Positions 45,598 to 56,757 of a stretch of DNA of 64,000 nt are shown piece after piece. This DNA is from Deferribacterales bacterium (lineage in GTDB: Bacteria > Chrysiogenota > Deferribacteres > Deferribacterales > Geovibrionaceae), in NCBI GenBank assembly GCA_050251875.1, contig JBFWMA010000004.1, positions 230,071 through 294,070 on the forward strand. The letters are read 5' to 3'. The position numbers were made by a program, and so were the translations under genes. The notes under the pieces are model-generated. The model did no database searches. It was not told where the DNA came from and saw only the letters and a program-made list of their open reading frames with translations. Numbering within the stretch: position 1 is the stretch's first letter; each line of letters starts with the position of its first letter.

Positions 45598-46548
45598 TGC
45601 CTTTATTATTTCTTTCAGAATGGGGATATAGATGGTGAACGTGGTGCCCATGCCCACCGTGGACTGAACCTCTATCCTGCCCTTGTGTTTCTCCGTGATC
45701 TCTTTGGCGATGACAAGCCCCAGTCCTGTCCCTCTGTTCTTCGTGGTGAAGAAAGGCGTGAACAGCCTGCCCAGAGTCTCTTCCGGAATTCCCGTGCCTG
45801 TGTCGGCTATGCTGATTTTCAGCATGGGAACAGCCGCTCCGCTGGATTTGCAGATGTATTTTATGGTGGGGTCGGTGGCTATGTTCAGGTTGATCTGTCC
45901 CGTCCTCTGCGCTTCGCAGGCGTTTTTCAGGATGTTGTTCACAGCCATGAACAGCTTTTTCTTGTCAGCGGTGACAGTGCTCAGGTTCGGTTCGACCTGC
46001 ACCGCCAGCTTGATTTCCGGGAACAGCACGTTAAGAGAGTTAAGCATCTCTTCCAGAAAGTCCTTCACCTCGAACTCGGAATATTCCAGCACCATGCCGG
46101 AGAGCAGGCGGATGTTCTGAAGGATATGCTTAATGCGCTGTGTCTCGTTCAGTATTATTCCGGCGCATTTTTTTATGTAGCTGTCTGAAGATTTCGCCAG
46201 AATGAGCTGTGATGTGCCGTCTATGACGGTGAGAGGGTTTTTCATCTCGTGCTGGAAGGAGCTGATGTCAAAGAGCTCTTCCAGACTGGGGCGGAACTCG
46301 TCCAGCCCGAAAACCAGAATCCTTAAAGGGGATGATGAAATCGTTTTGATCCCGAACTCCCTGTGCTGAAGTCTCAGCATTACGTCTCCGGCGTTCAGTC
46401 TCTCCGCCAGATACCGTTTAAAATCCTTTATGCCCGCTTCATATGCCAGCATGAGAAGTTTTTCTGCGGCGGGGTTCATGTCTTTCACCCTGCCGTCCAC
46501 TATCTCGAAATAGGCTATGTTCAGGTCATTTATCTTGCACTCAGCCAT
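45595..46548 (-). CDS. Cytoplasmic histidine kinase (NtrB-like)
   Basis: HEMKNPL, NILKNA, DTGTG, PFFTTK, GTGLGL. Confidence 0.9.
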   Translation of the reverse strand: MAECKINDLNIAYFEIVDGRVKDMNPAAEKLLMLAYEAGIKDFKRYLAERLNAGDVMLRLQHREFGIKTISSSPLRILVFGLDEFRPSLEELFDISSFQHEMKNPLTVIDGTSQLILAKSSDSYIKKCAGIILNETQRIKHILQNIRLLSGMVLEYSEFEVKDFLEEMLNSLNVLFPEIKLAVQVEPNLSTVTADKKKLFMAVNNILKNACEAQRTGQINLNIATDPTIKYICKSSGAAVPMLKISIADTGTGIPEETLGRLFTPFFTTKNRGTGLGLVIAKEITEKHKGRIEVQSTVGMGTTFTIYIPILKEIIKA

Positions 46549-48827
46549 TACTCCTCCGTGATGCTCATGGGTCTGTTATAAGGCTCGAAAGTGAAATCAT
46601 CGCTGTAGCCGTCTGTGATCTGCTTTGTCTCTTTATCCACACGGAAATATGACACGTCTTTGGCTATGGGGAACATCTTATGCCCGAATCTGCCGTATAC
46701 CCCGGATGTGTAGCGTACCCATGCGGGCAGGGCTGTGCTGGAGCCGGCGGCGCCTCTTGTCAGGGGACGGTAATCGTCAAAGCCCACCCAGACTCCGGAC
46801 ACCAGATCGGACATATATCCGATGAACCATGTGTCCTTGCTGTCGTTGGTTGTTCCTGTTTTTCCGGCGACAGTTCTGGGGATAGCCAGAGCTCTGCGTC
46901 CTGTTCCGTTGTCCACAACGTTTATCATTGTATCTACCATTATCTGTGCTGTGTTTTCGCTGATAACGTTTTCCAGTTTTTCCGGTTCATATTCTTTTTC
47001 CGTGCCGTCGAAGAAGACTATCTTCGTGATGAAATAGGGCGAGGGTCTGGAGCCCAGATTGGGGAAAACGCTGAATGCGTACACCATCTCCTGCAATGTG
47101 GCGGAACCTGATCCGATGGCGGTTGTCAGCTCACGGTTGAGCTGTCCTTCCAGACCGAATTTTCTCGCCATGCCTATTATCTTGCCAATGCCTACCTGCT
47201 CAGCCAGTTTCAGCGTCACAAGGTTTCTGGAGTGGGTCAGACCGTCTTTCAGGGTGGTGTATCCGAAGAATTTTCCGGAGGCGTTCTCCGGTTTCCATAC
47301 TTTGTCTTCGTCCAGCTGTTTCACCATGGGAGCGTCCAGCACCTGAGACATGATAGTCATGCCGTTTTCCAGAGCGGTGGAATATACTATCGGCTTAAAG
47401 AGCGAGCCGGGCTGGCGCTTCGCCTGATATGCCCTGTTGAACATGGATTTGCGGTAGTCGAAACCGCCCACCATGGCGTATATCGCTCCGGTTTCAGGAG
47501 CCACGGAGAGCAGAGAGCCTTCCACAGGCGGATCCTGAACCAGTTTGAAGTTTCCGCTTTTCAGTCTTCTCACATATATGATGTCGTTTGTATGCAGAAT
47601 AGAGTTGAAATCGGTGAGAGAATAGCTCTTGCCGTTATAGGGTTTTGCCCAGCGGTTGTCTTCTATCCTCAGCTCGTGGTTGCCTGTGAGGGTCGTCACA
47701 GATGCTTTCGATGGGGTAACTTTTGTCACCACCGCCTTTTCAAAACCGAGATCGGCGAGATAGGATTTGTCCATCTTAAGCTGGGTGTCCAGTTCGCCGT
47801 TATCCGGCAGATATTTTGCCACCGGGTCGAAATATCCCAGAGTGTCGCTGACGTCCAGCAGGTTTTCCTTAACGGCTTTTTCCGCCTTGTCCTGCATCTT
47901 CAGGTCGAGGGTGGTGTATATCTGCATGCCGGAATTGTCTATGTCTGTCATCTTCTCGGTTTCGGCGAGATATTTTTTGATGTAATCCACAAAATATCCG
48001 GCGAGCAGGTTTTTGGGCGGAATTTTATCCACCACGGTGGGCACTTCCGCCGCGGCTTCCTTTTCCTGCTGTTCGGTGATATATCCTGTCTCAAGCATTC
48101 TGTAGAGAACGTGATTGCGTCTTTTTGTCGATTTTTCGAGGCTCAGGTGAGGAGCGTATATCCCGGGCGCTTTCGGGATGCCGGCTATCATGGCACATTC
48201 GCCCAGAGTCAGTTCGCTGACATCCTTGCCGAAATAGTTTATAGCCGCCGCCTGAACGCCGTATGCGCCTCTGCCGAAATATACCTGATTCAGGTACATT
48301 TCCAGAATCTCTTTCTTAGTCAGTGTTTTATCGATTCTATAGGCGAGTATCGCCTCTTTTACCTTTCTTTTCAGCTTCTTTTCGGGGGTGAGATAGAGAA
48401 TTTTTACCAGCTGCTGTGTCAGGGTGCTTCCGCCCTCTACCACTCTTCCCGCCTTCATGTTGGTGACGAAGGCTCTCATGATGCCCATGGTGTCCACGCC
48501 GCCGTGTTCATAGAAACGCGCGTCTTCCACCGCCACCACGGCGTTCTGGAGGTTTTCGGGAATCTGTGTCATAGGCACGGGGTAGCGTCTTTCTTCTCCC
48601 AGCTCCGCTATCTGTTCGCCGTTGCGGTCATATATCAGCGTCGGGCGTTTATATTTGTAATGTTTCAGTTCAGCTGTGCTGGGGAGCTCTCTGCTGAGCA
48701 CGAAAAAATAGAGAGCGAGCAGCAGAGCGAACAGAACCATTACTCCGAAAGCCGCCAGAACGGCAGCGATGATGATCTGTTTTTTCGTCATTGATTTCAG
48801 GTCTATCTTTAAGAAGTCAAGATTCAT
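46548..48827 (-). CDS. mrcA: Penicillin-binding protein 1A
   Basis: EDARFYEHGG, GGSTLTQQ, RKVKE, SLFK, SRN, KTGT. Start ATG 48827. Confidence 0.92.
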   Translation of the reverse strand: MNLDFLKIDLKSMTKKQIIIAAVLAAFGVMVLFALLLALYFFVLSRELPSTAELKHYKYKRPTLIYDRNGEQIAELGEERRYPVPMTQIPENLQNAVVAVEDARFYEHGGVDTMGIMRAFVTNMKAGRVVEGGSTLTQQLVKILYLTPEKKLKRKVKEAILAYRIDKTLTKKEILEMYLNQVYFGRGAYGVQAAAINYFGKDVSELTLGECAMIAGIPKAPGIYAPHLSLEKSTKRRNHVLYRMLETGYITEQQEKEAAAEVPTVVDKIPPKNLLAGYFVDYIKKYLAETEKMTDIDNSGMQIYTTLDLKMQDKAEKAVKENLLDVSDTLGYFDPVAKYLPDNGELDTQLKMDKSYLADLGFEKAVVTKVTPSKASVTTLTGNHELRIEDNRWAKPYNGKSYSLTDFNSILHTNDIIYVRRLKSGNFKLVQDPPVEGSLLSVAPETGAIYAMVGGFDYRKSMFNRAYQAKRQPGSLFKPIVYSTALENGMTIMSQVLDAPMVKQLDEDKVWKPENASGKFFGYTTLKDGLTHSRNLVTLKLAEQVGIGKIIGMARKFGLEGQLNRELTTAIGSGSATLQEMVYAFSVFPNLGSRPSPYFITKIVFFDGTEKEYEPEKLENVISENTAQIMVDTMINVVDNGTGRRALAIPRTVAGKTGTTNDSKDTWFIGYMSDLVSGVWVGFDDYRPLTRGAAGSSTALPAWVRYTSGVYGRFGHKMFPIAKDVSYFRVDKETKQITDGYSDDFTFEPYNRPMSITEE

Positions 48828-48840
48828 ATCAGAAATTCCT

Positions 48841-50814
48841 CTATTTAGAAGCGGATAGCTCGAAAAGCATGTCACGGATCTTAGCCGCCTTTTCAAACTC
48901 AAGGTTTTTGGCGTGTTCCTGCATCTGCTTTTTCAGCTTTTCCATATCTTTTTGTTTATTGCCAGATAATGTTATACTCATATCCGTTTCAATATCAACT
49001 GTTACATAGTCCTTTTCATAAATTGATTCAAGAATGTTTGATATCTCGTTTTTGATGGACTGCGGAGTGATGTTGTGCTCTTCGTTATACTTGAGCTGTT
49101 TCTCTCGTCTGCGGGCTGTTTCGTCAATGGCGTTCTGCATTGACCGTGTTATCTTGTCGGCGTAAAAGATGGCTCTGCCCTCAACGTTTCTGGCGGCTCG
49201 CCCTATGGTCTGAATCAGCGATTTGTTCGACCTCAGAAAGCCCTCTTTGTCTGCGTCCAGAACAGCCACCAGACTGACCTCCGGAATATCCAGACCCTCT
49301 CTCAGCAGGTTGATTCCCACCAGAACATCGAATTCCCCGAGCCTCAGCTCACGGATGATCTTTATGCGCTCTATGGTGTCGATGTCGGAATGCAGATATT
49401 TTATCCTGATGCCCATATCGTCATAATATTTCGTCAGTTCTTCCGCCATCCTCTTGGTGAGGGTAGTCACCAGCACACGTTCGCCTTTGGCCGATACTTT
49501 TAATATCTCGTTATAGAGATCGTCCACCTGATTTCTGGACGGGCGGATATCTATGGGCGGGTCTATGAGCCCCGTGGGGCGGATGATCTGCTCGGCTATA
49601 ACGCCGTGCGAATCGTTTATCTCATATTCGTCAGGCGTGGCGGAGACGTACATCACCTTGCGCACACGTTCCCTGAACTCCTCAAACTTCAGCGGTCTGT
49701 TGTCCAGAGCGGCGGGCAGACGGAACCCGAACTCCACCAGAGTGGTTTTTCTGCTCCTGTCGCCGTTATACATTCCTCTGATCTGCGGGACGGTCATGTG
49801 CGATTCGTCTATTATAACCAGTGCGTCTTTGGGCAGATAGCTGAGCAGAGTGGGGGGCGCCTCTCCCGGTTTTCGGTTTTCGAAGAAACGGGAATAGTTC
49901 TCTATGCCGCTGCAATAGCCGGTCTCCTGTATCATCTCTATATCATACATCGTCCGCTGGGTCAGCCTCTGGGCTTCCAGCAGTTTCTGTTCGTTCTCCA
50001 GCTGGGTACATCTCACCGCCAGCTCGCTTTTGATATTGGCTATGGCGTCATCACGGGACACCGCCTCGGTTACATAGTGGGTGTTGGGATAGATGGCGAT
50101 CTTCGGTCTGTTGCGTATGGTTTTTCCGGTCAGCGGGTCGAACTCGCTGATTCTGTCCACCTCGTCTCCGAAGAACTCTATGCGGTAGGCAATGCTGTCC
50201 TCGTGCGCCGGAAACACTTCCAGCGTGTCGCCCTTCATGCGGTATGTGCCGCGGTGAAAGTCATAGTCGTTTCTGTCGTACTGAATCTCTATCAGCTTGG
50301 ACAATATCTGATCCAGCTCCACAGTGTCGTTCACCTCCAGCACGACCAGCATGCCGGAATACGCCTCGGGCGAGCCCAGACCGTATATGCAGGAGACGGA
50401 GGCGACTATGATGACGTCTCTTCTCTCCAGCAGGCTTCGGGTAGCGCTGTGGCGCAGTTTGTCTATGTCTTCGTTTATAGCGGAATCTTTTTCTATGTAT
50501 GTGTCGGTGGTGGGCTTATACGCCTCCGGCTGATAATAGTCATAGTAGCTGACGAAATATTCCACGGCATTGTCGGGGAAAAACTTTTTAAATTCGCCGT
50601 AAAGCTGTGCCGCCAGTGTCTTATTGTGGGCTATTATCAGTGTGGGGACGTTCAGCTGCATAGCCACGTTCGCCATGGTGTATGTCTTTCCGGAGCCTGT
50701 GACGCCCAGCAGAACCTGCGCCTCCGCCCCGTCATTATAATTCTGAACGAGCTGACGTATAGCCTCGGGCTGGTCGCCCGCCGGCTTATAGTCTGATACC
50801 AGATTAAAACTCAT
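48841..50814 (-). CDS. uvrB: Excinuclease ABC subunit B
   Basis: [29 protein letters not shown]-terminal UVR motif. Confidence 0.98.
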   Translation of the reverse strand: MSFNLVSDYKPAGDQPEAIRQLVQNYNDGAEAQVLLGVTGSGKTYTMANVAMQLNVPTLIIAHNKTLAAQLYGEFKKFFPDNAVEYFVSYYDYYQPEAYKPTTDTYIEKDSAINEDIDKLRHSATRSLLERRDVIIVASVSCIYGLGSPEAYSGMLVVLEVNDTVELDQILSKLIEIQYDRNDYDFHRGTYRMKGDTLEVFPAHEDSIAYRIEFFGDEVDRISEFDPLTGKTIRNRPKIAIYPNTHYVTEAVSRDDAIANIKSELAVRCTQLENEQKLLEAQRLTQRTMYDIEMIQETGYCSGIENYSRFFENRKPGEAPPTLLSYLPKDALVIIDESHMTVPQIRGMYNGDRSRKTTLVEFGFRLPAALDNRPLKFEEFRERVRKVMYVSATPDEYEINDSHGVIAEQIIRPTGLIDPPIDIRPSRNQVDDLYNEILKVSAKGERVLVTTLTKRMAEELTKYYDDMGIRIKYLHSDIDTIERIKIIRELRLGEFDVLVGINLLREGLDIPEVSLVAVLDADKEGFLRSNKSLIQTIGRAARNVEGRAIFYADKITRSMQNAIDETARRREKQLKYNEEHNITPQSIKNEISNILESIYEKDYVTVDIETDMSITLSGNKQKDMEKLKKQMQEHAKNLEFEKAAKIRDMLFELSASK

Positions 50815-52664
50815 ATTTTCTTCAGCTGCCTCTTGTTGTTTTTGTTGACGAATAGACCTGTCTTATCAAGCTGTTCCATCAGCGGAACCATCAGCTTCCG
50901 GGGCAGGTCATAGAACTGCTTCATATGCGCCAGATCGATTCCGTCAGTCTTTTTCGCTTCTGTGTATGCCGTGTCTATAAAGCTGTTTATCAGCTCCATG
51001 GTAATGTGTGTGCTTCCTTCCACCCTGCGGATGAAACTGCGGTTGGCGAGAAACTGAAGACACTTTCCGGTCTTCTCCTCCGTCATCCCCGATCTCTCTG
51101 CCAGCAGAGCGGCGTTGGACAGAGTCGGGTCCTGTTTCATCAGATTCAGGATTATCATGGAATCCTCTTCGAAGGGGTCTTTCTGTCTGCGTTTCAGCAT
51201 ATGCCCGTCAAAGATGAAGCCCATCTTCTGTGCCGTTTCCACTATCCTGTTTGTTATGTCCACCTTCAGCTGGTCGGTGATGTTCATGCACTCGTGCGCC
51301 AGAGCGTTCATTTTCAGAGAACCTTTCTCTTTCAGCTGGGCGATGGTCTCCTCTACAAAATTTTCTATCCGTCTGTTGTCTATCAGAAAACCGTATGAGT
51401 TAACTATCTGCATCTGCGCCAGCTTGAGCGTCAGCTCATTGCGCAGAAGCCCGGAGAACTGGATGGGCTCGGGGATGCTGAGCCCGCATGGATATATATC
51501 CGTCATGGCTCTGAACGCCTCGGGATACTCCATCCGGCTGAGATGGTCTATGATGCGGAAACTGCGCTTCCTGTCCGGATAAGCCTGCTCCAGCCCCAGC
51601 ACACGCCCGCCCGCCACGCTCTTCTGCGGGCTGTATGAGCGGATGATGAACGGCTCGTCAAAGAAGACCACAGCCTTTCTGTCCAGCTTGATGAAGCAGA
51701 TATCGGATTCGGGACTCTGAAGCGTCTTCACATTGGCGAAGATTATCTTTCCCTCAAAAATATCCGACCCGATGATGATGGGATAGGTCTTGTTGTGGCG
51801 TATCAGCTCGGATGATGAGAGTCCGCCGAAGGATGTCACACTGGCGTATATGCCCATGGTGTCCGTCAGCTTAGGGTTTTCGCTCAGGATATTTCCTTTT
51901 CTGATGTCTTCGGTGGAAAAATCCGGCAGATTCAGCGCCGTTCTCTGTCCGGCGATGGATTTGTCAGACTGTTTGTCATGCACCTGAATGCTCTTTATGC
52001 GGGCTTTTCCGCCTGTGTTGATGTTATATATCATGTCTCCGGCGGTTATCTTGCCGAAGAGAGAAGTCCCCGTCACCACCGTTCCGTGACCTTTCAGCGA
52101 AAAGACTCTGTCCGCCCGCAGAACATAGCATCTGGACTGTGTTTTCGGCGTGACTGTCTGGGCTGTTCTGAATATTTCAGCCTTGAGCCTTTCAATCGAT
52201 TCCGGCTGGTGTACGGACACAGGGACAACGGCGTCTATCTTTATCCTGCTGCCGCTGAACAGCTCCCGGACGGCGTTTTCGGTGTCGGATATCTGTTCCG
52301 GGGCGCATATGTCCGCCTTAGTCACCGCTATCACGGCGGACCTTACGCCTATGGCAGTCAGTATGTTGAAATGTTCCTCCGTCTGGGGCATCACGCCCTC
52401 TCTGCCGTCCACACAGAACAGCACGGCATCGAACCCCAGCGAGCCGGATATCATGGTTTTGATAAGTTTTTCGTGTCCGGGAACGTCTATGAACGAGATG
52501 AGCAGGTCGTCAGATTCCAGCGAGGCGTACCCCAGCTCTATGCTGATGCCTTTCTCCTTCTCCTCTGCCAGCCTGTCCGGGTCTTTGCCCGTCATAGCCT
52601 TCACCAGAGACGATTTCCCGTGGTCGATGTGTCCGGCGGTGCCGAATATTACGCTCTTTTTCAT
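50811..52664 (-). CDS. selB: Selenocysteine-specific elongation factor
   Basis: [17 protein letters not shown], extended C-terminus ending RK...L.E.LD; adjacent to selA. Confidence 0.93.
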   Translation of the reverse strand: MKKSVIFGTAGHIDHGKSSLVKAMTGKDPDRLAEEKEKGISIELGYASLESDDLLISFIDVPGHEKLIKTMISGSLGFDAVLFCVDGREGVMPQTEEHFNILTAIGVRSAVIAVTKADICAPEQISDTENAVRELFSGSRIKIDAVVPVSVHQPESIERLKAEIFRTAQTVTPKTQSRCYVLRADRVFSLKGHGTVVTGTSLFGKITAGDMIYNINTGGKARIKSIQVHDKQSDKSIAGQRTALNLPDFSTEDIRKGNILSENPKLTDTMGIYASVTSFGGLSSSELIRHNKTYPIIIGSDIFEGKIIFANVKTLQSPESDICFIKLDRKAVVFFDEPFIIRSYSPQKSVAGGRVLGLEQAYPDRKRSFRIIDHLSRMEYPEAFRAMTDIYPCGLSIPEPIQFSGLLRNELTLKLAQMQIVNSYGFLIDNRRIENFVEETIAQLKEKGSLKMNALAHECMNITDQLKVDITNRIVETAQKMGFIFDGHMLKRRQKDPFEEDSMIILNLMKQDPTLSNAALLAERSGMTEEKTGKCLQFLANRSFIRRVEGSTHITMELINSFIDTAYTEAKKTDGIDLAHMKQFYDLPRKLMVPLMEQLDKTGLFVNKNNKRQLKKI

Positions 52665-54013
52665 ACGGCGCTCTTAACTGCCTGTTTTATGATGTCATAC
52701 TCGGATTCGTCCAGCGTCCGCACGTCCAGATAGACGTATTCGGATATTCTGGCTATCACCGGAGTTCTGAAGTTTCTCAGCCTTTTTTCCAGAGCGGTGG
52801 GGCTTAACCCGTCTATGGATATCTTTACGGCGCATGAGCGCATCTTAGCCAGAGGACAGCTTCCGCCGCCTATGGACGAGCTCACTGGAATCACCTTCGC
52901 CTCGCACACGTCTTTCAGAACGTCCGCCAGATTGTCGGCTTTTTCCTTCAGGGTGTGCAGGGGCGCCGACATCATGGCGTTCACGGGGATTTCGCCCGAT
53001 CTGCCTGTGATGTAGCTTCTCAGTATGGACTGAAGCACGGCAAGAGTTATCTTATCCACCCTCAGCATGCGCATGAGAGGGTTCTTTTTTATCTTGGCTA
53101 TCAGATCTTTTCTGCCGACAATTATTCCCGCCTGACAGGCGCCAGTCATTTTGTCTCCGCTGAACGACACCAGATCAACGCCGGATTTTACTAGCGTCAG
53201 TAATGTTTTGTCGGAACAGACATTGTCCGGCAGGAGCTTTTCTATCAGCCCGCTTCCGGCATCGTAATAAGACACCAGTCCGGCTTCACGGGCGGCGTCC
53301 GCTATGTCTTTCAGCTCGGCTTCCTCGCTGAAACCGATTATCTCATAATTGCTCTTATGCACCTTCATCAGCAGGGCGGTTTTCGGCGTCACGGCGTCTG
53401 TGTAGTCGGATATTCTGGTCTTGTTGGTGGTGCCTATCTCCACCATCTTTGCTCCGCTCTGGCGCATCACGTCCGGCACACGGAAAGACCCGCCGATCTC
53501 CACCAGCTCGCCTCTGCTCACCACCGCCTCTTTTCTGTTGGACAGAGTGTTCAGAATCAGAAAGACGGCGGAGGCGTTGTTGTTCACTATTACGGCGTCT
53601 TCCGCCCCGGTGAGCATCTTCAGATATGTTACGGCGTGGTGATATCTGTCGCCCCTTTTTCCTTTGTCCGTGTCGTATTCCAGATTGGAATATCCGCAGA
53701 CCAGCTCAGTCACCTCGTCCATGCAGAAGCGGGGCAGGGGAGAGCGACCCAGATTGGTGTGTATGGGTATCCCCGTGGCGTTTATCACTTTTTTCAGCGA
53801 TCCGTCAGCCAGAGAGGTGTAGAGCCTGTCCGTCAGCGACAGGATTTTCTGATAGTCGGGCATTTTTTCGTTTTTAAGCGCTGTTTCACGAGCCTGTTCC
53901 ACGGCGTGTCTGGCTGCTTCTTTCAGCAGAGACCTGTCATATCCGTCAAAGAGCGGCTCTTCTATTATCTTGTCAATTTTCGGCAGATTTCGCAGAATCA
54001 GATTTTTATCCAT
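52661..54013 (-). CDS. selA: L-seryl-tRNA(Sec) selenium transferase
   Basis: INATG..HTNLGR, VNNNA, SRGELVEIGGSFR, FSGDK. Confidence 0.96.
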   Translation of the reverse strand: MDKNLILRNLPKIDKIIEEPLFDGYDRSLLKEAARHAVEQARETALKNEKMPDYQKILSLTDRLYTSLADGSLKKVINATGIPIHTNLGRSPLPRFCMDEVTELVCGYSNLEYDTDKGKRGDRYHHAVTYLKMLTGAEDAVIVNNNASAVFLILNTLSNRKEAVVSRGELVEIGGSFRVPDVMRQSGAKMVEIGTTNKTRISDYTDAVTPKTALLMKVHKSNYEIIGFSEEAELKDIADAAREAGLVSYYDAGSGLIEKLLPDNVCSDKTLLTLVKSGVDLVSFSGDKMTGACQAGIIVGRKDLIAKIKKNPLMRMLRVDKITLAVLQSILRSYITGRSGEIPVNAMMSAPLHTLKEKADNLADVLKDVCEAKVIPVSSSIGGGSCPLAKMRSCAVKISIDGLSPTALEKRLRNFRTPVIARISEYVYLDVRTLDESEYDIIKQAVKSAV

Positions 54014-54118
54014 ACAGATATATTACTTAAAACGGGTAAAATTATCAAAGACAATCTACACCTTCACAAAAGGGCGAATCCGGTATAAAGTGTCAGAAAA
54101 ATCAGCCGGAAGGACAAC

Positions 54119-55222
54119 ATGGAAATAGACCGTCAACAGGTCGGCCGTGACCTGAAAGAGCTCTATGACAGAGCTGAACCCTCTTTTAAAGAATTCAGAA
54201 CTTCAGAATATATTCAGACCCGCCTGAAAGGGATGGGGCTGACAGACTATAAAACAGCCGGAACAGGCATCTTCGGCACTATAGACGCAGGAAGGGAAGA
54301 GACAGTGGCGCTGAGAAGCGACATGGACGCCCTGCCTTTCAACGCTGAGAAGACAGAGTACAGACATCTCTGCGGACACCACGCCAATATGACGACTCTG
54401 CTGGGGATTCTGGACATCATCACAAAAAACAGAGACAGGCTGAGATACAACATCAGATATATCTTTCAGCCGGCGGAAGAGCTGGTTAGCGGTTCGGTGA
54501 CGATGATAGACGCCGGATGCATGGAGGGAGTGACGAAGATTTTCGCCACCCACACCACTCCTGACGCCGAGCTGGGTTCTGTGGCGCTGGTATACGGCGG
54601 GTGTATGGCGGGGTCTAACCACTTCGACATATATTTCAGAGGCAGAGCCACCCACGCCGCCATGCCCCACAAGGGAGCGGACACGGTGACAGCGGCTTGC
54701 GAGTTTGTAACGTCCATGCAGATGGCTGTCAGCAGGCTGATCGACCCCACTCTTTCCGGGCTGATCTCCTTCGGGATGATACACGGCGGCTCAGCGGCGA
54801 ATATTCTGCCGGAAGAGGTATATGTCTCCGGCACATACAGACATTTTGAGCCGGAAGTGAAAGACACCATAGAAAAAGCCATTAAGACCAGACTGAAGTC
54901 CGTGGAGGAGTTTTACGGCATAGAGACCGAGCTGATAATCCATGACGGCACGCCTCCGGTTATCTGCGATAAAGAGCTGATGGACGGGTTCAGGCAGGTC
55001 TGCGAAGAAACCGGGATACCCATATCGAAATACGACAGCAAAAGCATGGGGGGCGAGGATTTTGCCTTTTACCTTCAGCATGCCAGAGGCGCCTTCATAT
55101 GGCAGGGCGTCAGCACAGGCGGCGGATATCACCCGCCTCTGCACAACAAAGACTATAAAGTGCCCGAGGAGGCTGTCTATCCGTGTATAACGCTCCTCAG
55201 CGAATATCTTCTGAAAGGGTGA
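54119..55222 (+). CDS. M20 family amidohydrolase
   Basis: RSDMDALP, HLCGH, FQPAEE, GEDF, PLH. Confidence 0.9.
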   Translation: MEIDRQQVGRDLKELYDRAEPSFKEFRTSEYIQTRLKGMGLTDYKTAGTGIFGTIDAGREETVALRSDMDALPFNAEKTEYRHLCGHHANMTTLLGILDIITKNRDRLRYNIRYIFQPAEELVSGSVTMIDAGCMEGVTKIFATHTTPDAELGSVALVYGGCMAGSNHFDIYFRGRATHAAMPHKGADTVTAACEFVTSMQMAVSRLIDPTLSGLISFGMIHGGSAANILPEEVYVSGTYRHFEPEVKDTIEKAIKTRLKSVEEFYGIETELIIHDGTPPVICDKELMDGFRQVCEETGIPISKYDSKSMGGEDFAFYLQHARGAFIWQGVSTGGGYHPPLHNKDYKVPEEAVYPCITLLSEYLLKG

Positions 55223-55224
55223 CG

Positions 55225-56364
55225 ATGATAAGCTCAAAGGCGCTCAATACCCTCCGGCTGAAATGTGTCAGAGGGATCAGTGATAATTATTTAAGCAGGA
55301 TATATCAAACAACAGGCAGTCTGCACGATGCCTTTTCTCTGGATTACGGTTCTCTGACGTCTCTGGGGATAAAAAAAGAGACGGCGGAAAATATAGTCAC
55401 GGGCGACATAGACGAAGCGCTTTTTGAAAAAGAGCTTTCGGCGGTGAACAGAGAGAACGCCGTAATTATATGTATAGACGATGATGAATACCCCGCTCTG
55501 CTGAAAGAGACGGAAGGCGCTCCGGCGCTGATCTTCGTAAAGGGCGTGGCGGAAACCCTGCAAAAGCCCGCAATAGCCGTTGTGGGATCCAGAAACGCCA
55601 CCCGGCAGTCGTGCGATTTTGCCAAGAGGCTGTCGCAGGATCTGGCGGAGGTAGGGTTCAACGTGGTGAGCGGATTCGCTCTGGGCATAGACGTATACGC
55701 CCACGCGGGAGCCGTGAACAAGGGAAGCACCACCGCCGTGATGGGATGCGGGATCAACACTTTTTACCCGGAGGCGAACAGGCGCTATCAGGACATCGTT
55801 CTGAAGAACGGGTGCATAATAACGGAATTTTTTTCCGATGTCCCAGCCTATGCGGGAAATTTTCCCCAGCGAAACAGGATAATAAGCGGCATGTCATACG
55901 GTGTTGTGGTGGTGGAGGCGTCCGCCAGAAGCGGCAGTCTGATAACCGCCAGATATGCCGGAGAACAGGGGCGTGAGGTGTTCGCCGTGCCCGCCTTTCC
56001 GGGGACGAAAAACTGTATGACAAATTCCTTAATAAAAGACGGAGCGAGGCTTATAGAGGGGTATTACGACATATTGGATGAGCTAAAATACCGGATAAAC
56101 GGACTTAAAGAGGTTGACAACGAAGACTGTCATGCGATAGAGTTTGATAGTCCTGATGCTGAAAAGATCTATGCTCTTCTGGAGGACGGGACACTCAGTC
56201 CTGACGAGATCAGCTCTAAAAGTGGCATAAATATTGATACTGTCACAATAAACCTTGTGCAGATGGAACTGGAAGGCTATCTTGTCAGGGAAATAGACGG
56301 TAAGTATCAGACAGCCGGAGGGAAGCATGGACAAAATCGTAATAGCGCTCAATCTGGTAATTGA
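55225..56364 (+). CDS. dprA: DNA-processing protein
   Basis: AVVGSR, SGFALGID, FPQRNRII, SGSLITA, C-terminal winged helix. Confidence 0.95.
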   Translation: MISSKALNTLRLKCVRGISDNYLSRIYQTTGSLHDAFSLDYGSLTSLGIKKETAENIVTGDIDEALFEKELSAVNRENAVIICIDDDEYPALLKETEGAPALIFVKGVAETLQKPAIAVVGSRNATRQSCDFAKRLSQDLAEVGFNVVSGFALGIDVYAHAGAVNKGSTTAVMGCGINTFYPEANRRYQDIVLKNGCIITEFFSDVPAYAGNFPQRNRIISGMSYGVVVVEASARSGSLITARYAGEQGREVFAVPAFPGTKNCMTNSLIKDGARLIEGYYDILDELKYRINGLKEVDNEDCHAIEFDSPDAEKIYALLEDGTLSPDEISSKSGINIDTVTINLVQMELEGYLVREIDGKYQTAGGKHGQNRNSAQSGN

Positions 56365-56743
56365 CTTTCTGGAATCCAGCGAAAAAATCAACGAAAAAGC
56401 AATCAAAGATTATCTTTTCAATACAGGTTTCGATGACCATGTCATCAGACAGGTGATGACTGTCCTTGACATCAGCAATTTTGACGGTAATATCTGGTTT
56501 CGGGTTTTTACAAAGAGAGAGCGGAACATTCTTTCTCAGGACGCTATCAGCTACCTGCAAAAACTGCATCTCACAGGTATCCTCGACCCTCTGGGGCTGG
56601 AGGATGTCATAGAGAACGCTCTTAATTCCGATGCCTTTAAAGTAGATGTCGAGTCTGTTAAAAATCTGGTGCTCTACTCTCTCATGGAGCGTAAATCGCT
56701 TTACGCGTCCGGTGTGGATGAGGAAGAAGATTATTTACATTGA
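56327..56743 (+). CDS. Smg/DUF494 family protein
   Basis: RVFT..E motif; position between dprA and topA. Confidence 0.75.
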   Translation: MDKIVIALNLVIDFLESSEKINEKAIKDYLFNTGFDDHVIRQVMTVLDISNFDGNIWFRVFTKRERNILSQDAISYLQKLHLTGILDPLGLEDVIENALNSDAFKVDVESVKNLVLYSLMERKSLYASGVDEEEDYLH

Positions 56744-56757
56744 TACGGATACATTAA

